In this document: piece by piece, positions 9,368 to 19,105 of the stretch
Numbering within the stretch: the stretch's first letter is position 1
Layout of the letters: each line of letters starts with the position of its first letter
Source: Candidatus Rehaiarchaeum fermentans
GTDB taxonomy: Archaea > Nanobdellota > Nanobdellia > Parvarchaeales > Parvarchaeaceae
Assembly: GCA_025920435.1 (NCBI GenBank)
Contig: JAPDLT010000001.1
Location: 1,539 to 65,538, forward strand
Reading direction: 5' to 3'
DNA length: 64,000 nucleotides
The notes under the pieces: model-generated
Told to the model about the DNA's origin: nothing
The model's database searches: none
What the model saw: the letters and a program-made list of their open reading frames with translations, nothing else
Position numbers and translations under genes: made by a program

Positions 9368-9881
9368 ATTCTATAAAAGAAGAATAAATAGATTCAAAGT
9401 CAAATTTTTTTGATCTAGTGAATATTTCTGAAAAACACGAAGGTAGAACAAAATTAGAAAGTGAAGAATAAGTTATTACTGCGCGTTTACTAAAATTAGG
9501 AAGATCTTTCAAAAATCGATATAATATTTCATTTCCTTCTTCTCCCCCTATTAAGTCTACATAGCTTTCTTTACCCGGTAAATAAGGAGCATTGAATATA
9601 ATTAAATCAAACTTCTCGTTTATTTTTTCAAATAAATTTGATTGTATAAATTCTGCATTCTTTATTTTTTCTTTTTCACATGCTTGTTTAGTATAGTCTA
9701 TTGCTTCTTTATCTATATCTACAAATACGACTTTATCAAGATTAAATTTTCTTGCTAAATTTATCCCTATGAAACCAGTTCCACAACCCATTTCCATTAT
9801 TTTTCTTGCATTTGTCAATTGAATTGCTATTTCGCTGACTTCTAAGGTAAGAAAAGAGTCATCATTTGGTAAGTAAACCAT
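9354..9881 (-). CDS. HemK/Mtq2-like release factor glutamine methyltransferase
   Basis: VYLPNDDSFL, EMGCGTG, FNAPY (NPPY-like); ATG at 9881. Confidence 0.85.
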   Translation of the reverse strand: MVYLPNDDSFLTLEVSEIAIQLTNARKIMEMGCGTGFIGINLARKFNLDKVVFVDIDKEAIDYTKQACEKEKIKNAEFIQSNLFEKINEKFDLIIFNAPYLPGKESYVDLIGGEEGNEILYRFLKDLPNFSKRAVITYSSLSNFVLPSCFSEIFTRSKKFDFESIYSSFIEFTSR

Positions 9882-10767
9882 AAGCAATTCTGTAATTGCA
9901 AACTTCACATATTTCTCCACTACTTGGGAATCCGCATATTTTACATTTACTCAGTTTCTTGCTCTCAAAATTAAATTTGTTTTTTAATTTAATTGCATTA
10001 TTAACGATATTCTTTTTAGAACCCGGGTAGTAATCTTCTAATCTTTTTATCCATTCTGATACTTCATGTCTTATTCCAAATCTCGTATAAGGACAAGGTT
10101 CATGTAATGCATATATTCCATTAATTATTGCATATAGCATTGTTTCCTTTTCATGTAAAAACATAAATGGTTTTATTCTCGGAACAAACATTTCATTTTC
10201 TTCTATTCCGACATTAGGTCCTATTCTAACAAATCTTTGTATATCTTTCTGTATTAAATTCATTACTATGCTTTCGCTTTCGTCATCAAGGTTATGGGCT
10301 GTTGCTAATTTGTCTAAGTTTAGTTTTTTTGCGGCATAGTTGAGTGCATATCTTCTAAAAGATCCACAAACCTCGCAAGGGATTTTTATTTTGTTTTTCT
10401 TTACTAAATTACTTAGACTTTCTCCAAATAGATCCTTATAAGAAAAAATATAGTAATTAACCCCTATTTTTTCAGTGTATTTTTTCATTATTTCGATTGT
10501 TTTATCTCTGTATCCAGGAATCCCTTCATCTATTGTAATAGAAATTATTTTGTCTTTATCAAAGTATTTAGCAAGAAAATAGAGCAAAGAAAGTGAGTCT
10601 TTTCCCCCAGAGTTAGCTACTCCTATTTTTTCTCCCTTATTAAATAAATTAAACTCTTCAATAGTTTTAAGCGCAGTTTCCTCAAATCTTTTTACAAAGT
10701 GCTCCTTACAAAATGCTCTATTCTCTATTTCTATTATTGCTTTATTTTCACATTCGCTACATTTCAT
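9862..10767 (-). CDS. ttuA: tRNA 2-thiolation enzyme, TtuA/Ncs6 family
   Basis: N- and C-terminal Zn fingers, SGGKDS PP-loop, CEVC, TAHNLDDE, CPY. Confidence 0.9.
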   Translation of the reverse strand: MKCSECENKAIIEIENRAFCKEHFVKRFEETALKTIEEFNLFNKGEKIGVANSGGKDSLSLLYFLAKYFDKDKIISITIDEGIPGYRDKTIEIMKKYTEKIGVNYYIFSYKDLFGESLSNLVKKNKIKIPCEVCGSFRRYALNYAAKKLNLDKLATAHNLDDESESIVMNLIQKDIQRFVRIGPNVGIEENEMFVPRIKPFMFLHEKETMLYAIINGIYALHEPCPYTRFGIRHEVSEWIKRLEDYYPGSKKNIVNNAIKLKNKFNFESKKLSKCKICGFPSSGEICEVCNYRIAYGLLTK

Positions 10768-10769
10768 AA

Positions 10770-11486
10770 CTAAAAGATCTTCCTAGAGAAAAGAAGAAAG
10801 CCAGTGTGGTATAATTGCATGTTTTCTGGTCTCTCTATGTTTCTTTCAGTATCTATTATCCAATCTATTTTGTTTATTTGCATTACTTTATAATTTTCAA
10901 ACTTATATTTAGATATTAAGTTAAAGATTTGAGAGATTGAAGGCAAATAAGTTACTAAATAGCCTCCTTTCTTAAGTACTTCGAATGACTTTTCAATCAC
11001 TTCTTCTGGGTTTGGAATATCGATTATTACGCTATCAAAGCTCTCTTTCTCTTCTTTTATAGATCCCTGCTTAAACTTTATGTTTTTCGCATTGAATATC
11101 TTAGCATTTTCTCTAGCGAGATCAAGGAAGTCACTTCTTATATCATATGATATTACTTCTTTTGCTATCTGAGAAATTATTATTCCTACAGTACCTGCAC
11201 CAGTACCTATTTCCAGAACTCTACTCTTCTTGTTAATATTGGCAAATACTATTATTTCTCCTATGTCCTTAAGTGTAATTATTTGAGGGCCTCTCTTCAT
11301 AATTTCGATAAAGTCTTCGTAAGATGGAGAAGTAACAAGAATTTTCTCGCCCTTGTGAGTTGTTACCACATCATTTATTCTGGCTTTTGCTATATCTTTT
11401 CTCTTTATTATTCCGTACTGAGTATTTATGTCTCCCTTTCTATTAATTTTTATTATTCCTTTTTTTGATAACAAAATCTTTACCAT
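10770..11486 (-). CDS. trmI: tRNA (adenine-N1)-methyltransferase TrmI
   Basis: MKRGPQII..KD, EIGTGAG, DIPNP, HTGFL. Confidence 0.9.
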   Translation of the reverse strand: MVKILLSKKGIIKINRKGDINTQYGIIKRKDIAKARINDVVTTHKGEKILVTSPSYEDFIEIMKRGPQIITLKDIGEIIVFANINKKSRVLEIGTGAGTVGIIISQIAKEVISYDIRSDFLDLARENAKIFNAKNIKFKQGSIKEEKESFDSVIIDIPNPEEVIEKSFEVLKKGGYLVTYLPSISQIFNLISKYKFENYKVMQINKIDWIIDTERNIERPENMQLYHTGFLLFSRKIF

Positions 11487-11555
11487 AAATATCAATAAAT
11501 AAGTGTTGAAATTTATTTTTTATTATTTTAAATATATAACTATAAACGTCAAAAA

Positions 11556-12461
11556 ATGAGTAAGATTGCATGTCTACTTATAGATTTCTACAAAGTAGAC
11601 TACATAACTGCCAGAGGCTTCATAAATATTCTAGATAATAACTTAAAGGATTGTATCGTAATTACAGATTCTACTACATATTTTGATACTAAAAATATTA
11701 ATATAGTGGAGTTTCCAAGAAACTCGACTTCTGGGTTGAAGGAGGCAATAGAGGAAGCAATCAAGGAAGGAGCAGAAAAAATAGTACTATTTGAAAACTA
11801 TAACTTGAATAATGCACTTTGGTTCGTTCCTTACCTGGATCTAGAGGGAGTCGTAATTGAAAAGAAAAGATATCGATTGGATATTATAAACAAAATAGTT
11901 GACTTATTTTCCGTTTATCCTATAAAGAAGCTTGCATATAAGAACATAATAGTTGATGCTAATAGTGCATTAGAATTATTAAGTAATGATATTTATACTG
12001 CAATGGGAAGAATAAAAGAAAAATTAGAAATTATAAAAGAAGGTGATATTAAAGATTCATTAAAAGAAGTATTAGAAAAGTTCACAGATCTTAGTTTCTG
12101 GAAATACATAGGAATAAGTTTACTTTCTTACTTTTCTAACATAGGAGCTTTCGTAGCTAGTGTAGTATTTCTTCCTGCTGTTTTTGCTGCAATATTAGCA
12201 AGTGAGGCAGGTGCATTAATTAATTTCTTTCTCAATAGTTCTATTAACTTCAAGCTAGAAAATAAATATAAAGGACTTCTTAAGTATAATTCTCTAGCTT
12301 TTATAAGTATAACATCTCAAGTACTTCAAGTTTTAAGCGAACAAAAGGTAGGCCTACCTGTAGTTTTGTTTTATCCTATAAATTTAATATTGACTTTAGT
12401 AGTAAGTTCTTTATTCTTTAAATTCATTTGGTCTAGGAAAGGAAATAGGCTTTTCTTTTAA
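11556..12461 (+). CDS. Degenerate GT2-like N-terminal domain fused to a GtrA-like membrane domain
   Basis: C-terminal four TM helices with a FWKY...NFFLN..F GtrA pattern; N-terminus has GT-A-like spacing but no DxD. Confidence 0.55.
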   Translation: MSKIACLLIDFYKVDYITARGFINILDNNLKDCIVITDSTTYFDTKNINIVEFPRNSTSGLKEAIEEAIKEGAEKIVLFENYNLNNALWFVPYLDLEGVVIEKKRYRLDIINKIVDLFSVYPIKKLAYKNIIVDANSALELLSNDIYTAMGRIKEKLEIIKEGDIKDSLKEVLEKFTDLSFWKYIGISLLSYFSNIGAFVASVVFLPAVFAAILASEAGALINFFLNSSINFKLENKYKGLLKYNSLAFISITSQVLQVLSEQKVGLPVVLFYPINLILTLVVSSLFFKFIWSRKGNRLFF

Positions 12462-12715
12462 ATTTTATACTCTTATAATTTTTGCGTTATTTTATATTTT
12501 GCACAGCTTATTTACACGAATAAAGTAAATAGGAAGCAAAATATTTTATTCTTATATTTTTTCTTTTGTGTTCTTCTGCGTTTTTAATTTTCTATGATAC
12601 GCTATAATTTTAGATCCTCTTTATATAGAAAAATTAATTATGTGATAAAGATTATTAAAATCAAACGGAATTTTGATAAAAATCACAACCTATTAATCTT
12701 TTAATAATTATCAAA

Positions 12716-12801
12716 TGGACCAGTCGGGATTCGAACCCGAAGTCTCTGCCTTTTTCTAATAAATATGCGAAGGCAGCGTCTTACCGTTAGACCACTGGCC
12801 C
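12716..12801 (-). tRNA. tRNA-Ala(CGC) with a 14-nt intron at 37/38 (12752-12765)
   Basis: Reverse complement GGGCCAG...CTGGTCCA with G3:U70; CTGCC-TTCGCA[TATTTATTAGAAAA]A-GGCAG. Confidence 0.93.
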
Positions 12802-12865
12802 AATTTATAATTGAAGATAAATCTAATAGATTTTATAGTTAAATTTTTTACTTAACAAAAAATTT

Positions 12866-13282
12866 ATGGTAATTGTTTATACTGATGGTGCTTGTAGCGG
12901 AAATCCAGGAAAAGGCGCTTTTGCCTTTGCAATCATAGAAAATAATCATGTTTCTGTAGAAGGCAGATCTGTTGAAAACACTACAAATAATAGAATGGAA
13001 TTGACTGCAGTCATTGAAGCTTTCAGATACTTACGCAAAAACTCTCTAAATGTTGATAATATAGATATTTACACTGACAGTAAATACGTTTATCTTGGCA
13101 TAAGTAATCAAAGATATCTAATTTGGTTAAATAATAAAAAGGGTAAAAATTTAGATTTGTGGGAGGAATTCATGAAAGAAAGCTCGGATATAAAATTTAG
13201 AATATTTTGGGTAAAAGGTCACAGCAATAACACTTTTAATAATGTTGTTGATAAAGTTGCAAGATTTTTAGCATCTCATTAA
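12866..13282 (+). CDS. rnhA: Ribonuclease HI (bacterial type)
   Basis: YTDGACSGNPG, TTNNRMEL, TDSKYV, NLDLW, WVKGH. Confidence 0.94.
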   Translation: MVIVYTDGACSGNPGKGAFAFAIIENNHVSVEGRSVENTTNNRMELTAVIEAFRYLRKNSLNVDNIDIYTDSKYVYLGISNQRYLIWLNNKKGKNLDLWEEFMKESSDIKFRIFWVKGHSNNTFNNVVDKVARFLASH

Positions 13283-13332
13283 TTACAAAAGTTTTAAACT
13301 GGAAAAAATCTGAAGAATATTTTTATCTAAGT

Positions 13333-14256
13333 TTATATACTCAATTCTTCTATAATTTTGCTTATATCTGTTATTGACCTTCCTTCGCTATCTGCTATAG
13401 GTATATCTATAGGAGGTTTAATTCCTCTTTTCAAGAGTCTATCTTCAAATGTATCAGGATTTTCCCATTGGAAGAAAATGCCTGTGTGTTTATCTTCAAT
13501 AGTTTCACTTAGTATCATTTTAATAGCTTGCATCTTCTTTTCATTCACTTCGTTCATGTCATTTGGATTCTTTACAACTCCGTCATAATTACTGGGTAAA
13601 GGATGAGTATGCGTTGAAAGCCAGCTTGGAGAAGTATAATCGGGGTTGTAAGTTGGGCATCCCTGCAATATATCTATAAGTGCGAGACCTTTATGTTTTA
13701 TTGCTTTTACTATAATTTCCGTTAATTCCTTTATGTTGTAGCTATGTGATCTAGCTACGAAAGTATAACCTGATAATATTGCAAGCGAAAGAGGATCTAT
13801 TGGAGCATTTATGTTAGGTTCGGGCCATCCTTTAACTTTTATGTTTTCTGGCAAAGTGGGGCTAACTTGTCCCTTTGTAAGTCCATAAACTCCATTATTG
13901 TGTACAAGCAACTTTATATCTACGTTTCTTCTGCCAGCACTTATGAAGTGGCCTACTCCAATTCCATATGTATCTCCATCTCCTGCATTTACTAAAACAG
14001 TTAGTTCGGGATTAGCAAGCTTAATTCCTTCTGCAAATGGGATTGCTCTTCCATGCAAAGTGTGAACTCCATTTACATTTATAAAATTTGGTAACTTTGA
14101 AGAACATCCAATTCCGGAAACATCTACTACCTTTTTAGGATCTAAACCTGCCTGTATTATTGCATTCTTTAAACTAAACAATATTCCTGAATTTCCACAT
14201 TGAGGGCACCAATCACTTTCTTCGTGAGAGTCTAAATCGATTAAACTAATAGTCAT
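13333..14256 (-). CDS. 2-oxoacid:ferredoxin oxidoreductase beta subunit
   Basis: WCPQCG, SGIGCSS, HGR, GDGD TPP motif, NNGVYGLTKGQ. Confidence 0.95.
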   Translation of the reverse strand: MTISLIDLDSHEESDWCPQCGNSGILFSLKNAIIQAGLDPKKVVDVSGIGCSSKLPNFINVNGVHTLHGRAIPFAEGIKLANPELTVLVNAGDGDTYGIGVGHFISAGRRNVDIKLLVHNNGVYGLTKGQVSPTLPENIKVKGWPEPNINAPIDPLSLAILSGYTFVARSHSYNIKELTEIIVKAIKHKGLALIDILQGCPTYNPDYTSPSWLSTHTHPLPSNYDGVVKNPNDMNEVNEKKMQAIKMILSETIEDKHTGIFFQWENPDTFEDRLLKRGIKPPIDIPIADSEGRSITDISKIIEELSI

Positions 14257-16048
14257 TTAATATCACCTTTTTTTCACCGTTTAAAACCTTTTCAAGTGCT
14301 TCTTTCACTTCATCCTTATTCATCATTCTTCCATTATATTTTAGTATTTGATTTTCTATCAATATTCCAGTTCTTGATGCAATATGTTGCCTTAATTGGC
14401 CACTTATATTTTCTTCTATGCACACAACTTTCTTAGCTTTTTTAATAATTTCTCCTATCTCACTGTCTAAAGGCTCTATTAACTTTATTTGCAAGAAGGC
14501 CATTCTATCATCTAATGCATCTAATATTGCTCCTTTTGGAGAACCCCAACTTACTATTAATAGTTGGGCATTTTCAGGTGAACCATATAGATTGAACTTC
14601 TTCGATCTATCTAGAGTTTTTAATATTAATTCACTTTTTCCGTTTCTTTTTTCCATCATTTTTATTCTATTATTACTTTCTTCGTATGGGTGACCGTATG
14701 GATCGTGTTCATCTCCAGCTATCCACATTACATGATCACTTCTTCCAAGTATGAGTCTTGGAGAAATATTATCATTAGTAAATTCAAATCTCTTAAAGTC
14801 ACCTTCATATCCTGCTTTATCTGTAAGTTTGCCTCTTTCTATTCTATAGGAAGATCTAAAATCTTCAATGTATTTTTCTTTTACACTTTTGTACACTTGC
14901 GAAATCGATTTTTCTCCTAATACTATTACAGGTAATTGGAATAATTCAGCATAATTAAAAGCATCTGCAACTATCTCTATTGTTTCTTCTACATCGCCAG
15001 GAGCTATAACTATTCTATCAAAATCGCCATGTCCTTGATGTAATACAAATTGAAGATCTCCTTGTTCAGTTCTCGTAGGAAGACCAGTAGCTGGTCCTCC
15101 ACGTTGATGATCTACCACTACTATAGGAGTTTCTGTCATTCCTGCATAACTTATAGTTTCAGTCATTAGTGCTAATCCAGGACCCGAAGTAGAAGTTGAA
15201 GCTCTTACGCCAGCTATTGCAGCTCCAGTTACCATTCCTATTACTGCAAGTTCACTTTCCGGCTGAATTACTCTTATTCCTAGCTCAGGATGTGATTCCA
15301 AAAAGGAGCTTTCATCACTTGCTGGCGTTATAGGATAATATATTTGAAGTTTGCATCCTCCTATTGCTTTGCCTATTGCACTTGCTTGATATCCTTCTAA
15401 TAAAAGCATTTTTTCTTTTTTTATTGGGTCTAGTTTTAAAATTGGAGAAATATTTTTGATCAAATTTTCTGTTTCTTCTACTGTGCAAATATTCATGTTA
15501 ATCACACTTTCTCCTTTCTTTTCAAACTCTTTTCTTACAATTTCTTTAACTATGTTCAAATCTATTCCAAACATGTAGGCAGAAATAGTAACTATTGCAG
15601 TGTTCTTTGAAATCATTACTTCGCTTGGTTTTGTATTTAATCTTTTTGCAACATTATTTATTATTTGGTCAAAATCAACTTGTAAAACTTTTATATCATT
15701 TCTTTTAATTTGATTTACATCTACAATTTTATCTACAATAAGTGTACCTCCTTCTTTTATGTCCTTGATATGGCCATCTTGTATTATTTCTCCATGTTCA
15801 TTTTTTTCTCCAAAAACTGATTCTTTGTCCGCAAAAACAGCTAAGTCTACCTTTCTACTTATTGAATGTATTTCTTTATCGGAGATTCTTATTGTAAAAA
15901 AGCTATGCCTTCCTTTTATATTTGAAAAGTATTCTCTGTAACCATACACATTATATCCGTTCTTTATAAGTATTTTAGAAAAAAGATTAGCGGAAGAATC
16001 TATTCCACTTCCTTGTTTTCCTCCTGTCATCCAGCTTATATCAATCAT
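14246..16048 (-). CDS. 2-oxoacid:ferredoxin oxidoreductase alpha subunit (gamma-alpha fused)
   Basis: GGKQGSG, YPITP, TSGPG, RGGPATGLPTRTEQGD. Confidence 0.95.
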   Translation of the reverse strand: MIDISWMTGGKQGSGIDSSANLFSKILIKNGYNVYGYREYFSNIKGRHSFFTIRISDKEIHSISRKVDLAVFADKESVFGEKNEHGEIIQDGHIKDIKEGGTLIVDKIVDVNQIKRNDIKVLQVDFDQIINNVAKRLNTKPSEVMISKNTAIVTISAYMFGIDLNIVKEIVRKEFEKKGESVINMNICTVEETENLIKNISPILKLDPIKKEKMLLLEGYQASAIGKAIGGCKLQIYYPITPASDESSFLESHPELGIRVIQPESELAVIGMVTGAAIAGVRASTSTSGPGLALMTETISYAGMTETPIVVVDHQRGGPATGLPTRTEQGDLQFVLHQGHGDFDRIVIAPGDVEETIEIVADAFNYAELFQLPVIVLGEKSISQVYKSVKEKYIEDFRSSYRIERGKLTDKAGYEGDFKRFEFTNDNISPRLILGRSDHVMWIAGDEHDPYGHPYEESNNRIKMMEKRNGKSELILKTLDRSKKFNLYGSPENAQLLIVSWGSPKGAILDALDDRMAFLQIKLIEPLDSEIGEIIKKAKKVVCIEENISGQLRQHIASRTGILIENQILKYNGRMMNKDEVKEALEKVLNGEKKVILNDY

Positions 16049-16130
16049 TTTTATTAATTCATTAAAACGTTATAAATTTTTCTTTATTAATTTTGATTAG
16101 TCTTTAATTTTATCCTTGATAAACTAAATT

Positions 16131-18191
16131 TTAATTGGCTTCTACAAATATCTTAAAATCTGCTGCTACAGCAGATGATTGAGATACTATCAAAGGATTC
16201 AAGTCAATATCTTTTATATTAGGATTTACTTGCATGAATTTTCCGAGCCTTATTATATAACTTATTATTTTGTCAAAAATCTCAGGATTTGAAGCAGACA
16301 ATATTAATTTACCTATTTTTGTATCTTTTAATTCTTCTATTTTTTGATCAGATAATTGTGGAAGAACAAATTCAACTTCGCCTATTTCATTTGCATATAT
16401 TCCCCCTATTCCTAAAGCTATCATTGGACCAAATATAGGATCTCTGTGCCCACCTAATAAAATTTCAACATATTTTTTATTTCCTTTCGTTGCATCTTCA
16501 TAAATTTCTATGTTTGCATTTTCAAGTTTGTTTTTCTTTATTATTTCATTCAAATCTTTGAAGGCTTTTATTAATTCTTCTTCGTTCTTTATTCCAGTTA
16601 TTACTCCTCCTATCTTATTTTTGTGGGCTACATTATTAGAAGATATCTTTAATACACAAGGATAACCTAGCTTACTAATTTTCTCTTTTAGATCCTTTTC
16701 ATCTTTTATTATCATACCATTTACTGTTTCTATTCCTATTTTATCAAAAAATTGTTTTGCGTTAATTCCAAAAGCATTCTTATTTACGTTAAACTTAACA
16801 ATCTTTACTCTTTCTTTGCTATATCTTTTATAAGTAGGATTTCTATGGGAATAATAAAAGTATAATCCTTTTATTATATCGACGACTTCATTAGGATAGT
16901 AATATGCAGGTAGTCCTTTTTCTATAAGAAATCTTCTTGCTTTTTCTACGTTAGTTCCTCCTAAAAATAGAGGGAAAAGTGGCAATTCTGGCTTCTTTAA
17001 ATGCATATCATATATTACTTTTGCAGTATCTATTGGCATTGACATTTCTTGAGGAGAAAATATAACTATGGTTGGTTTATTAAGATTACTAACTATATCT
17101 AGCGTTTCTTTATATCTTTCAGGAGAGGCATCTCCAAGCATATCTATAGGATTATGAAGATTTGATTCTGCAGGAAGTATTTTAGACAGAGCAGATACAG
17201 TTTCTTCACTTATTTCCGCTCTTTTTAATCCTGCTTCATATAGATGATCAGCAGTTATTACACCTCCTCCTCCAGAATTAGTTACTATTACCACTTCATT
17301 TGTTTTTACTTCGAATTTGGCGGCATCTCTCATGAAATTGAAAAGATCGTCTACATTAGATACCACTATTGCTCCTGCTTCTTCAAAAGCTAACTGATAT
17401 GCTTTATAATTTCCTGCTAAAGATCCAGTGTGAGACATTACTGCTGAAGATGTTTCATTTGATCTACCTCCTTTCAATATTACAACGGGCTTTTTCTTTG
17501 TAGTTTCTTTGAGACTTTTTAAGAATTTTTCGCCATTTGTTATGCCTTCTATGTAAAGTACTATTGCCTTAGTTTTTTCATCTTCTCTCAAATAATCCAT
17601 TATGTCAGCTTCATCTATGTCAGTTGAATTGCCTATACTTATTATTTTACTAAATCCTATATTGTTCATTGATGCATCATCCACTATTGCACTTAGCAAT
17701 GCTCCGCTTTGAGATATAAATGCTGTGCTTCCTTTAAAAACAGTAGTGTTAGGATCTACAAAAGTCATGTTTACGGAAGGATCAGTATTTATAATACCTA
17801 AACAATTTGGTCCCACTACTCTTATTTTAGATCTTTTAAGAAATTCTTTCAATTCATTTTCTCTTTCCTGACCAATTCCTCCTATTTCTTTGAATCCCGC
17901 ACTTATTATAATAGCAAAACTTACTTTCTTTTTTTCACATTCCTTTAAAGCATCAAGTACTTTCTCAGCAGGTATAGAAATTACAGCTACGTCTATGTTA
18001 TCTTCTATATCTAAAATAGATTTATAACTCTTTATCCCTTGTATTTGATCGGCAAATGGATTTACTACGAATATCTTTCCTTTGTAAGTAAGCTTTATGT
18101 TTCTAAGAATAGCACTTCCTACTTTATTTGGATTCCTAGAAGCTCCTATTACAGCGATTGATTTAGGATTAAATAATTTATCAAATAACAT
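16131..18191 (-). CDS. acd: Acetate--CoA ligase (ADP-forming), fused alpha-beta
   Basis: PKSIAVIGAS, GPNCLG, SQSG, SHTGSLAG phospho-His, HKNKIGGV, DLNPL. Confidence 0.92.
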   Translation of the reverse strand: MLFDKLFNPKSIAVIGASRNPNKVGSAILRNIKLTYKGKIFVVNPFADQIQGIKSYKSILDIEDNIDVAVISIPAEKVLDALKECEKKKVSFAIIISAGFKEIGGIGQERENELKEFLKRSKIRVVGPNCLGIINTDPSVNMTFVDPNTTVFKGSTAFISQSGALLSAIVDDASMNNIGFSKIISIGNSTDIDEADIMDYLREDEKTKAIVLYIEGITNGEKFLKSLKETTKKKPVVILKGGRSNETSSAVMSHTGSLAGNYKAYQLAFEEAGAIVVSNVDDLFNFMRDAAKFEVKTNEVVIVTNSGGGGVITADHLYEAGLKRAEISEETVSALSKILPAESNLHNPIDMLGDASPERYKETLDIVSNLNKPTIVIFSPQEMSMPIDTAKVIYDMHLKKPELPLFPLFLGGTNVEKARRFLIEKGLPAYYYPNEVVDIIKGLYFYYSHRNPTYKRYSKERVKIVKFNVNKNAFGINAKQFFDKIGIETVNGMIIKDEKDLKEKISKLGYPCVLKISSNNVAHKNKIGGVITGIKNEEELIKAFKDLNEIIKKNKLENANIEIYEDATKGNKKYVEILLGGHRDPIFGPMIALGIGGIYANEIGEVEFVLPQLSDQKIEELKDTKIGKLILSASNPEIFDKIISYIIRLGKFMQVNPNIKDIDLNPLIVSQSSAVAADFKIFVEAN

Positions 18192-18349
18192 TTTATTATT
18201 ACTAAATTATTTTATTTATATCATATCGTAAATTTTCTAGTGTGTTTTGAAAGTAAGAATTTTTAAACTATAAAATTAAAAAAACTTAAGTAAAAATTTT
18301 AATTTCTATTGATTGCTTAAATTTATATACTGCGAATAATCAACACTTA

Positions 18350-19087
18350 ATGGAAAAGGGTGGAGCTTTCATAGTAATTCTAATTCTTATAGTAATAGGA
18401 GTGTTATTTTTCTTGTATGAAAATAAGTATTATCTTTATAGAGTAATTTCCTATTTGCCATATCCATTAAGTAAGTATATATTACCAGTTGCTGCCAAAA
18501 ATACGACTTTCTTTTCCTATAGCGGGCTACCTTCTGCTAATTATTGTTATTGGAATATTTCTGTAATTAGCTCTACAAATATTTCAATTTCTTCACTTTC
18601 TATTTCAGTAATAAATTCTCTAACTCCATTGAAGCCCTTGTTTTTAACTAGCGAAGGAATACCTTGCTATGAAAACGCAATTTTTAATACTACTCATATT
18701 AAAGAAGTTACTGCCATTCCTTATTCATCTTTATTCATAACGAGCTATCCTATACAAATTAATGGGTCTTACAATAACAAAACATCCTTTAAATATTTGA
18801 TTCCGCTATTTCCTTATTTGCCATTATATTCACAACTCAAATTTTTAAACTTCCCTAATGGATATACTTCCCCTGATTTTTCACTTTCAAACGCAGAAAT
18901 TTCTAAGATATATGGTAACCAAAGTTGTAGAGTAAACGCTTCAATATATATTCCGAATGAAAGCACTTATACGTTCTCGACTGGAAATGCATATTCTATT
19001 AATTTTATAAAATCGTTTTCGATTAAAACAATTGTAAGCAATTGTACTAATTTAATAAATAAAATTAAACAGAATGTAAGTGTTTAA
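18350..19087 (+). CDS. Hypothetical membrane-anchored/secreted protein
   Basis: N-terminal TM helix, S/N/Y-rich body with many NxS/T sequons; TTTATATA 28 nt upstream. Confidence 0.7.
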   Translation: MEKGGAFIVILILIVIGVLFFLYENKYYLYRVISYLPYPLSKYILPVAAKNTTFFSYSGLPSANYCYWNISVISSTNISISSLSISVINSLTPLKPLFLTSEGIPCYENAIFNTTHIKEVTAIPYSSLFITSYPIQINGSYNNKTSFKYLIPLFPYLPLYSQLKFLNFPNGYTSPDFSLSNAEISKIYGNQSCRVNASIYIPNESTYTFSTGNAYSINFIKSFSIKTIVSNCTNLINKIKQNVSV

Positions 19088-19105
19088 ATTTTTCTATTTA
19101 GTATT

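Noticed and set aside
12462..12715. Possible ncRNA, att site or origin in the AT-rich gap at the tRNA-Ala(CGC) 3' end
   Set aside because: No GC-rich structure, tRNA-end duplication, integrase or ORB-like repeat visible.
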